Assembly (NCBI GenBank): GCA_053919585.1
Contig: CM132795.1
Strand: one strand, 5' to 3'
DNA from: Euprymna scolopes
Lineage: Eukaryota
DNA length: 64,000 nucleotides
The notes under the pieces were generated by a model, which saw only the letters and a program-made list of their open reading frames with translations, ran no database searches and was not told where the DNA came from. Shown one piece after another: positions 52,909-64,000 of this stretch (position 1 is its first letter; every line of letters begins with the position of its first letter). Made by a program: the position numbers and the translations under genes.

Positions 52909-53752
52909 CATGTGTGCCGGGCGTTGCCCGGGTGCTTGGAGGTGTGTGTTCAGCAAAAAAAAAATGTGGTAGTAGGAAGGTAGGCTCGAACCCGTACAGC
53001 GAAGGATTAAAAGAACGTGACGTCTTTGCTGTTACGACAACCGCACAAACCGGAATTTACGTGGTTTTAAATTAAGTCTAGACAATCGAAAAGAGGGGAT
53101 GACTTTTGAAAATATCGACGAAACAAGGCACCCCGCCCTGTAGAAAATGCCCAGTTTAGGCTGAGATATTAATGATTTTTTAGCAATTTTTGGGGGGTAT
53201 TTGTCGTCTGAAAGGTTGAGTTTTTGCTGATTTGTTAAAAGCCATTACCTTTGTCAAAGGTTTTACGTGGACATGCAAACATACATACATTTATATATTG
53301 GTACCTCAAATTTTCGACCCAAACCGATTAAATAGCTAGCCCTTGCACTGCATACCCTTTATGTAAAATTTAAAATGTTTAGACCAGAAATTTGCTGAGT
53401 AATTTGGTAGCGACCGAAGAGGTCAATTTTTATTTTACTTTAAACCTTATTGTTCCCTCTTAACATTTATTCTTTTCGGTTCATTCATAACTTATTAAGT
53501 AAGATCCATATGTAAGGAACCTATATCTAAATTTTCAATTGTTTAACCCCAATATTGGCGGCGAAGCTTGGTAGAGTTCTCAAAGGTGAAATCTTTGAAT
53601 TTGACCCCTAAAAACCGGCTAAAACTCAGTTCCAAAGCTTTTCTTAATCACAATACACTGTATATCAAATTTTGAGTATGTAGACTAAAAATTGTGTAGG
53701 GAAATATACACAGACTAACACAGAGAAGGACACTTTCAATTATATATATATA

Positions 53753-53811
<59 letters not shown>

Positions 53812-55129
53812 GGGGGTCAGTGTGAGAGAGAGAAAGAGTCTGGTTATTTGTGTGTGAGTGTGTACTGTGCACTTGTGTCTTGGTTGATATAAAAACTATA
53901 AGATGCATTTTTATCAAATAATAGCTTAATGTAAATTTATAAATTTTAGACACTTTTACAAAGCAATGAACCATCCTGAAGAAAACCTTCTTGGATTAGT
54001 TCCGTTTTGTCGCTTATTTTGGACTAAACGGTAGAAATAATTGTTGAATATCTCTTATTGAGTGATTACAGTGACTAGGCCATGTGTTAAATCGTAAGCA
54101 ATTAGCTTCAAATAACAACTATGTGACTCAATGAAAATGCGGGGGAAAAAGTTCCTTTTTCTCGTCTATGATGAACTCTGATGCATTGTCATGTTTGCCG
54201 AAACTCATTAATGTAATTGGAACAAATATTAAAAGTGAGACAGGTATTAAGTTTTCCGTCTATTAAGGAGCGAAAGAGCAGCAGGTGTTAAGAACGAGAT
54301 GAAAACATAAACCACTCCTTAAGAATATCCCTCTTAGATTATCTAGGAATGAAGACCTTATAATAGTGTTAGTTACATGTAAGATATTGTCATCTATTCA
54401 TATGTTTCGTTTCTTCTTTTTGTTGTTGTTATTGTAAAGCTTACTTTATTTATAATAGTACTAGACTGGATGACCGGCATTGCCCGGGGGTTTGTTCATG
54501 TGTCTTGAGCAAATAAAAGTGTGGTAGTAGGCAGGCAGGCTCGAACCCGTACCGTGGAGGAGGAAAAGAATGTGAAAAACGTGACGTCTTTGCTGTTGCG
54601 CCCATCGCAAAACCGAAAATGACGAATGTCTTAATTAAAGCTAGTCAATCGGAAAGAGGCGAAAAATATCGAAAATATAGGCGAAAAAAAGCGACCCCTT
54701 CCTGTAGAAAAGTGTGAAGTTGAGAATGAAGAATTAATGTTGTTAGCTAATTATTCAATAATTGTCGCCCGAAGTGCCGAACTTCAAAACAGTACCGATC
54801 TCTAATAGATTAATTGCCTACGATAGTCAGGACCCACGGCGTTCACATGGAGTAAGTTTCACTTGTCTTTACTTAGCCTATACACAACTTACTTTTGGGT
54901 TTATAAAATTATGTTTTATATAATGTCTTGACAAAACGCGTAAAATAGACACACAGGCGAGTGTAGGGCAGTAACCCAAGTATATCTCAGGCTTTTAACA
55001 GGGTATGCCACAATGGTCTTTCGAGGAAAATTAGATCATATGGTGTCACTAGATGAATAGATAACATAATTTAATTCTTCTTAAATAAGAAAAGAGTCCA
55101 AGTTACCCTTCACGGTCGTAAATCTTAAC

Positions 55130-55995
55130 AATGTGATAGAACTGCGGGTGTACCTCAGGGGTTGATCCTTGGAAATTTGAAATTCCTAATATACATAAAT
55201 GACCTCACTGTAAAATTGTCTCTGAGACAGGTACATTTGCTGATGACAGCACGGTCTATAAAAGGCACAAGAGGAGAACGAATGACACATATCTAAGAAA
55301 TGACCGAAATATAAGAGGAAGACTTCTGGACTGTGGTGGAATGTGGACATAAATTGATTATCGCATTCAATACTGCCAATACTAATCTTGTTTCCTTCAA
55401 TAATTACAAGAGACCTTCTCAACCACCAATATTTAAAACTAAAAATAGGTTACCTGGAAGTATTCTGTCAAACTCCTCGGCTTCACACCGAACATGATTT
55501 GGAACAGATATATTGAGAGCATTGAAAAAGCTGCTGCGAAGAAGGTAGGATCTCTCTAGCAATCTAAAAAAGGACTTACGTATCTTGTACCTCTATAAAG
55601 CCACGATTCACCCAAATATGGAGCATTGTTGTCGCCTATGGGCTGTAACATCTGATACTGGTCTCTTACACCTGGACAGTGTTCAAAAGAGAGTCGCCAA
55701 CCTGATTGGTCCTGAACTGTCATCTTAGCTTGAACTACTGTCAGGGGAAATGCTGCACCCCTCTACCTGTTTTACAAGTACTCTAATAGTGGATGTTCGG
55801 TCGAACTACAAACCTCGACGTATATACCCCCAAAAAACTCGACAGGCAGCAAAATCCCACCCTCACACAGAAGAGATCCCTAGATGTAAGAAAGCCTTAT
55901 ACTCTAACAGTTTCTTTCTCAGAATCTAGCGATTCTGGGAGTCTCTTCCGTTTTCTGCTTCTCCAACTGTACTGAGATGCAGAATTTCAACTGCA
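55130..55995 (+). mobile_element. 5'-truncated CR1/Zenon-like LINE fragment
   Basis: GVPQGLILG, YINDL, FADDST, LYKATIHPNMEHCCRLW, LDSVQKR motifs; frameshifted. Confidence 0.8.
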
Positions 55996-56527
55996 ATTTA
56001 TGTCCTTAATAATAGCCCCCTACACCAAACCGACATGTTCTACAAAAAGACAAGCATTATAGTTCAGTTTTGCTTCATTTAGAATGCGCTTCCATTTTAT
56101 AAAAGAGTCGGCAACTGGTTTTATCCAGCGGGTATTTTTGACTTTGCGATTATAAAACTTCTCAAATGCAGCGGTTTCGGAATGTACCTTGAATGTACTC
56201 AGCTACACATGCCAAAAAACGTGAACAGATAGAAAGAAAAGTGCCTTTTTATATGTAAGTTGAGACTGTAATAATTAGTAGTAGTAATATTCGTTTTGGC
56301 TAGGATTTAAATTCAAGTCCCTTAATTATAACATGGATCGTTGTAACGGGATTCCTTTACAACCTACAAAAAGGCTTTTGACAAGACACGTGTAATTAAA
56401 TACTGAATTAATAAAAGAGTTCAATTAAATTTGTTTTTTTCTATTTAATTGTAAATAGGGTCTATATAAATTCTTTTAGAAAGGAATTGAAGATGCAATG
56501 CATTAACACTCACACACACATATGTGT

Positions 56528-56572
<45 letters not shown>

Positions 56573-59376
56573 GGCGTGTTTACTAAAACTCTCTTTTTGT
56601 GTTCCACCATCCTTTATCATGTTATTTATATTACATACTTACATTTGTTAATTTTTTATCACAGTAGAAGGAACCCACTTTTTGTAGCAACTTTGGCAGC
56701 TATTCAGATACAAGGATATCTAGATTCAATTCGACTGATATTCACTGTCCATTAAAACATTCGTTAAGAAGAATAACTTTAAGGTAAAAAGTTGCATAAT
56801 TAGGTTTAACTTATAGTCCTCATGTACCTTACGTATAGGTACCTAATGACACCAAACAATGCATACCTCTGGGTTAGATCTAGCTTTCCCCCTTTTTTTA
56901 CAGTAGATTATAACAGTTTTTCTCTTTAATTTGAAAGTATTTTAAACGTGTTTTGCTCTTGAAGTATGTCGATAAGTTTTTTGAATCCTCCGAGCATCCT
57001 ACTAACTCATGTGACATAGTTTTTAACTTTTCAGTCATCTGTGGTATTTAGGAACCATCAGCTTCTAACCGGTGAAATTGTCCACGTATTTTATTGTTAA
57101 CGAGCCTGGGTTCCCGGTGTTGCCCGCGTGTTTGGAGGTGTGTGTTAAGCCAAAAAATAAAACAAAATCAGTGGTAGAAGGCAGGCAGGTTCAAACCCGT
57201 GCCGCGAAGGCGGAAAAGAAAGTGAAAGAAAATCTGATGTCTTAGCCGATGTCCACATGGCGAGACCGGAAGTTAAAAACATTGAAACTAACCGAGGTAA
57301 ATCCAACGGTGACGATGACTTGCTGAAATGTCGGCGACAAAATCGGCCGAGTTTAGAGTGAAGAAATTTTGGACCAATTGTTCGATATTTGTCGTCCGAA
57401 AGGTCGGCTTCAAAACATTTTCAATATCGTGAAAATCCCTCGCCTCTGTCGAAAGTTATTGCGAGACATACACACATATATACATACATACATACATACA
57501 TACATTAAACCAGACAGGTGATATTTATGTCATGGATAAGACACATCAGAACCATTGGGTATAATATGTAGTATGGTTCACTTTTAGAGTATATTTGGTA
57601 TTTTGACGAGTAAACATTAATTTAGAGAATAGAAAAAAAAAAAACAACAACAGCAAAAAAAAAAAAAAAAAACAGAACAAAATGATCGATATTCAACTTA
57701 CATCCCACGCCTTCAAACTTTTTCAATAATTCCTGCGTACATCCTTTTTTTTAGACACAATGCCATATAGTAGCCTGTAACGTTCCAAGATGAAATACGC
57801 CTTGTGCGGGGTGAAAAACACTATATCGATTGGAACGTCTGATCTTTATATTAAACGAGAAGTCTAAGAGCGAGGTGGATTTAGGAAACAAATGGATTTT
57901 GAATTATTTGCTTTCTACGAAATATCCTATTAACTAAAGAGTTTCGGGAAAACATAATCAAATGTATCTTAATTGAATTGTTTTCATTGGATCTATTCAA
58001 GCTGTATAATTTAAGGATACTTCTAATGTGCACGCACTCGCTCGAATTACGCAGGAATTATTGACATAATTGCATACAGCCGTAATAGCACTTGAATGAT
58101 CATCCGCTGAGATGGAGATAAAACGCGAATGAAATGTCGTATTTACAACGCTTGCATGGAATTAAAATGCCAGAGAAATAAAATAAAACGAAAACAATCA
58201 CGTTTCATGAGAGAATGAATATTCCAATCTCATCCGGCAGATCTCGTTCCTGGAATAAGAAATAAATATTCTCAGATTTGAATATTATCATCCATCCGAG
58301 CAATATGTTTGTAGAATAAAAAAGACAGAAAAAATAAAATTTGCAGAAGACAATGAGCAATAAAATATTTTCACTATATGAAAGGACTACTACTACTACT
58401 ACTACTAATAATAATAATAATGATAATAATAGTAGTAGTTATAATAATNNNNNNNNNNNNNNNNNNNNNNNNNNNNNNNNNNNNNNNNNNNNNNNNNNNN
58501 NNNNNNNNNNNNNNNNNNNNNNNNNNNNNNNNNNNNNNNNNNNNNNNNNNNNNNNNNNNNNNNNNNNNNNNNNNNNNNNNNNNNNNNNNNNNNNNNNNNN
58601 NNNNNNNNNNNNNNNNNNNNNNNNNNNNNNNNNNNNNNNNNNNNNNNNNNNNNNNNNNNNNNNNNNNNNNNNNNNNNAATAAAGGTAGACGCGGTGCCTA
58701 TCTGCCTGAAGCCGAAATTAAACTATGCTCGCTATATCTGAAGCCTGAACTGTACAGATACTACGTTTTAATCTTTAATCTAGTTTACTTTAATGTTTCC
58801 GTACCACTATATTTCCTCATATTGTAATAGTGCACACTTGACTGTCCTTGACGACCGTAACGTCAAATTGTGAGAAATAAAAGCAAAGAAAGACAAAATT
58901 TTAAAAGACAAGGAACAATAAAATATTTTCGCTCTGCACGAAAAGCGGCTAGTACTACTGCTACTACTATTACTATTCTCAATAATAATAAGTTTTTTGA
59001 CCTTGCACTCGACCCCCCATTACCACATCACTGCCCCCCAACAAATGAGTGAGACCGAATTGCCAAATAATCATGGAGGAAAAAAAGGCTAAGGAGTGAC
59101 CACTGACAATACCTCCACTGTATAAATGCGAAGAGAACTGGGACATGGGGAGGCTTATTGCCACTCAAATTCCAGTAAAGATCAATGGCTGCTGCCAACA
59201 AGATATCAATGGTATGCAGCTGTAGAGATAATTCCAATTTATTTTCAAATGTTATCGAAAGAGGTGTAGAATACTAGACAATCTGGGTAGTATTGTTGTC
59301 CTTGAACTTCCAGGAAACGCCGCAGGTTGTATTCAATGAGATATTTGATGGCCTGAGTAGAAGCTCCTTGTGAGCC

Positions 59377-59437
<61 letters not shown>

Positions 59438-62400
59438 TATAACTTAGTCAGACGTAATGTCTCTTTGTCTGAAACCGAATTTTAACTGTACTCACTGTAT
59501 GTGAAGCCGGAACTGTATAGATAATATATTTTAATCTTCAATCCATTCACACGTACTACTTCTTTTTATAAATGGCGAACACTTGAATGTCCATGAATAA
59601 TATTACGTAACAACTTTGAATCAATGATGAATTTTAATGCCACTCTTAGCACATGCTTATGTACGTGGGGTGTTGCTATTCCGCCATGTTACCCGCTAGT
59701 ATAAAAAGGAATTCACACTTTTTTAATGCAAACCGATTGGTTGAAAACATATAGTTGCACAAAGAAATAAGTAAATTGTGTTTATATCAATGCTATTCAT
59801 ATTGAAACTATCGAAAGATCAGCGTCCGTTCTTTTTGGGTTTTGTGTGTGTGTGTTTGTTTTTTGTTTTGTTTTGTAGAAGAATTCAGAGTAAAGATGGT
59901 CTTGACAAGCAAATGAGTCAAGCTTAGGTTAAGGCGTTCTTGTGTATTACAGTTCAAGCATTATCAACTGTTGGATCGACACACGTTCTTAAGTCATTTT
60001 TATTTTATTTCTATGATGTATACAGGCTATCATATTATTTTCTCCTCGTTTTACGGAGAAATGTTATGTGTATAAAGGTGTTTATGTGTGAGGAAAGGTG
60101 CAGGTTCAAGCACTATTGCGAACTACGAATTCTTTCCTCAACTGAGAAATATCTTTCAGAATGAGAGCTATTACAGCCTTGGTCCGGGTTTAAATGCACA
60201 ACAGTTACTTTAACCCAGCACACGGACTTGGGGTTAATGGGTGCACCCGGCTTAGAGAAGTGTAAGGGGCTGCGTGTAAATGACTTCTCGGCTTGTTCTT
60301 AATAAGACTGATCGCCTTAATCTAGTCAAATTTAATCATTTATCGAATTATCCCTAGTCTCCAATCAAAATAGTAAGAAGCGAAGCGTGCAAACAGGAGG
60401 CAAAACAATTCAATTTGAAATAAAGAGAGTGTCGGAGGCAGAAATATATATGCATTTTTATATGGGTTTTATTTATCTTTTTATGTATATAAACAAACAA
60501 ACAAAAAATAATCCAGGATTGAAAGTGGGGAAAAAAGAGTTTATTGCTGACGGAGGAGATAGAGCAGTCGCCATAAATTCCAGAAGCAATTTAATTGTAC
60601 ATCTGCAATTTAAACTCCGGTCGAGTATCTGCCAGTTTACAAAGAACACAGAAGTATTTTTGGTGGGAAATAGATGAGGAGAAATTCACAAACCTGTTTA
60701 TCATGCGAGGCCAAATTGAGGATCCCTATTGTTTCCATTTAGGGGTAATATGTTACCACATATAACATTTCGTTTTTCATTATCCTCTCCGTTTTTTTTT
60801 TCTTTTTGGAGCCTAGTAAAAACAAACAAAAAATTGAGAAACATTCGTTGCTCTTCAGCCGAACTCACATTGAAGCGTCTCATGTTGTTATTGTTGTTTT
60901 TGTTTTAAGTATCATTCTCTATGTAAAAAACCATCGCCTTCTCTTGCCGAATCCCGAACCCAGATTTTCATCTTTCTTTCTGTTTCCCTCCTCCTTCGTC
61001 TCCGCGGCTGCTCATGTTCACTCCGACATGGGCATGACCGCAAATTAAACTGATGGAAGACTAAAAAGAGGTCCGTTGTAAATTCAGTAGATATTCTTGA
61101 ATTCTTTGGCGTGAACCTAAAGAAGGACTGGGGTTTTATCGACCGAAACGTTGCGAAAATAGCGTCAAGGAAATGAACAGCAGTCCGATAACATAACAAA
61201 CAAAAAATGCAAATGCTTATTCTGCGTCTAATTATTCGGAAACATATATTGTTTATTATGCCCTTTACAATATTCTCTTCAAGGCTCCACTGCTTTCTAT
61301 TTGTTTTCTTTCTGTTTTTTTTTCTTATTATTTTTCTTATCTCTATTCTTCCCAACCTTTGTCTCTCTGCCACTCTTTAGCTTTACCTCTCTTTTTTTTT
61401 ACTCTTTTCAACTATGCTTATGGTACACAAGTATGTAGATATAAATCTTTCTTGAATGTGCGTATAGGCGCACCACAACTTTTATCAGCGTCGCCATTGC
61501 TTCCAACAGTAGCTGCAATATCTAACTGCCATTCGAAATTTTCTCAGCTAACAGAAAAACGAGCGTTGTTTTTTATTAATAGTTTTTACAGCTCCTTGTT
61601 TCCGCGACTGTGCAGAAATTTAAATTTAATGTAAAAAAAAAAATCTTGCTGGACATCTGCTCAGTAAAAATCATATCTATAACTATGGCCCCTAGTCACG
61701 ATTGCCCTTTAATTCTCATACTAATATATTCAAGCGCTATATTAATCTTAATATTTACATAATATATTCTTTAAAAATGAGAATGATAGTGAGAGTGTTT
61801 CCAATTAATATGCGTATACCTATATACGAGATAGAACCCCNNNNNNNNNNNNNNNNNNNNNNNNNNNNNNNNNNNNNNNNNNNNNNNNNNNNNNNNNNNN
61901 NNNNNNNNNNNNNNNNNNNNNNNNNNNNNNNNNNNNNNNNNNNNNNNNNNNNNNNNNNNNNNNNNNNNNNNNNNNNNNNNNNNNNNNNNNNNNNNNNNNN
62001 NNNNNNNNNNNNNNNNNNNNNNNNNNNNNNNNNNNNNNNNGTTCAGAGCACCAAAAGAAATAAAACATCAAATAAATCATCGCGACGTCAATACCAACAT
62101 CACAGAGCTAGACCCACTTGCTGGAAGCAGACGTCAATGCGCCATATGGTGCCTCGAAACTGGGGCGCCTAACATCTTCAAGGATAATCATAGACGCGAT
62201 ATTTAAAAGTGTGGAGAGGTAAACAAAAAAAAAAAAGCAAACACATAAAACCTGACCAGAGTGGGGATTCTGGTGCTCTAAATCAATGTGTGACTCGCAC
62301 AAACATTTCATTTCCGACCATGGTTAAGGCAAATTCATGTACAAACCTAAATCAACACATAACAGAAATAATATGTTTGGCCAGTTTTCGTACTAATATT

Positions 62401-63961
62401 TATGTTTGTATAAAATAAAGTTTGAAAGGCTGAACTTAAAGAAATGAATGGATAAAAACAAGGAATATGTCTTAAATTAAAGAATTAAACAAAGTGTATC
62501 GTAACAATCAGAAAACAGAGTAGAAGGTAATATCGGAAGAGTGGCGTCCTATTATGTAACCGATACAGCGGAGTCTGTATGACTTGCTATATGCTTTGGG
62601 ATCCTGTTTGCGTATCAAAGTTGTAATATTACATTATTTTAGTAAAATATATATAGTACACCTCTTAGGAATGGTATCTTCACCAACGTCACGTTTATTT
62701 TCAGTCTTTTAAAATAATAGGGGCGCAAACAATTAGAAATTCCTCGAGATTATTTATTCTACTCGATGTTATAAAGATTCGATAAGTGTGAAATTGCCGT
62801 ATCACTGTGTAAAACTGGTCTATTGTCTTTTCCTATATAACTGTCCTTCATATTATTGGAATTGAAATATTTGTTTTAAACGACGTTGTCAAATATAACT
62901 AATTTAAAATTTAAAAAAAAAAATTAATGTGGGATATTCATTGAATGGAAACAGTGCGTGTAAGCGCGTGAAAAGTATAAGGAAGAAGAAGGATGGCATG
63001 GATGCGGAGTAATTAGCAGTGTCAGTATCAAACAAATGCGAATACGCAAATTAGGAAGTGTGCACGAGAGTAGGAAGGGAAAAAGGATTAAAAAAATGTA
63101 AGACGTGCTCGCGGGGAAAATAAAGTCGACGTCAAGGAGAACGGACGTGTAAAGACACACGCGCAAATGGCCGGTGTATAGCCGGCGTTAGGTCAGAGAA
63201 AAGGAGGGCGACGTAAAAGAAAATTTGACGTGTGAATCACAGACTAGAATTGGGCGGATAAGCCTGACGTACGGTTGGAAGCAGCAGAAACGTGGCCAAG
63301 CTTAAATGAAAATGTGACAGCGAAAAACATTCTCATTAGTAGTGCGCAAAATAACGGTAAATTGAAATAGGAAAACAAAACTTGCCTGAATTTTAATTAA
63401 TTAATTAAAGTATTTATCCTTACGTTACATTAGAACGTTACATTATATGTATTTTGTATGCAAAAACCTTGTTTTTTATCAAAAAAGTCACAAGGAAGAA
63501 AAAATATGAAAGAATAAATAAACCTTATCAAGCAACAATGAAGTTAACAAAGAGGGGCGAAAAATAAAGAAACGCAATCGCAAATAAAAACTTAAAAACA
63601 AACCCGGCCGAGAGTGGATAACTTAAAAAAAAAAATGATATTTCGCGATTCGGTGAGTACATTTGTTCACATTTTTCTTTTTGTCTGTTCACTTTCGCAT
63701 TTTATTCGGCCCTGCCAATCATATTTCAAAGAGGAATGTTTAGTCAAGGCATATCCGACTCAACGCCTCTTTAGAGCCATGAGAGTCGATTAGTATTTTA
63801 TGAAATCCGCAAAAGTTGAACACAATCAGCTCACACCGAAACAGAAATTAATATTTTTTGGGCAACGATTTTTCAAGCCTTTTACTGCCTGTAAAACGCA
63901 TTTTGAGCCTTTACTTTTAAATAAAACCAGCAAAATAAAAATCTAAATAATTAAAAAGGTT

Positions 63962-64000
<39 letters not shown>

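Larger units (their letters stand above)
51040..56510 (+). repeat. Old direct duplication: 51040-51790 versus 53970-54440 plus 56275-56510
   Basis: Shared GACTAAACGGTA, CTAGGCCATGTGTTAAAT, ACCACTCCT and CGTTGTAACGGGATT blocks in the same order. Confidence 0.75.

Noticed and set aside
55239-55250. CTGATGA motif as a hammerhead core
   Set aside because: It encodes the FADD motif of the LINE RT, and there are no ribozyme stems.
60174-60235. Pre-miRNA-like hairpin
   Set aside because: Pairing is interrupted by large bulges and no known mature miRNA was recognised.
60912-61373. 153-aa minus-strand ORF
   Set aside because: Low-complexity K/R content arising from T-rich DNA; no domain recognised.
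4606-62040. ORFs containing X runs
   Set aside because: They are artefacts of N gaps, which lack stop codons.

Overview
AT-rich, repeat-dominated animal genomic DNA with many (TA)n/(CA)n/(AAT)n microsatellites and more than a dozen N gaps. It is probably invertebrate; a cephalopod/mollusc origin is only a weak impression. I cannot support any host protein-coding exon. The recognisable content is transposon-derived: a near-complete single-ORF CR1/Zenon-like LINE (15451-18419, -), a complete but dead mariner (27930-29198), RTE, R4/Dong, Gypsy and Tc1/mariner relics, a solo LTR, many non-autonomous Helitrons, tRNA-derived SINEs and a 3 kb 27-bp minisatellite. The main find is a set of short elements in which a tRNA-like Pol III head is followed directly by a type I hammerhead ribozyme with a palindromic stem III. 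The best copy is a near-identical 321-bp partial tandem dimer (33947-34543) inside a (TA)n tract with two intact hammerheads. Related or analogous copies occur near 9.3, 11.3, 46.7-47.0 and 52.2 kb, in at least two sequence families. This resembles a Pol III-driven retrozyme/Penelope-dependent SINE system. All alignments and folds were done by eye, and coordinates of degenerate elements are approximate.
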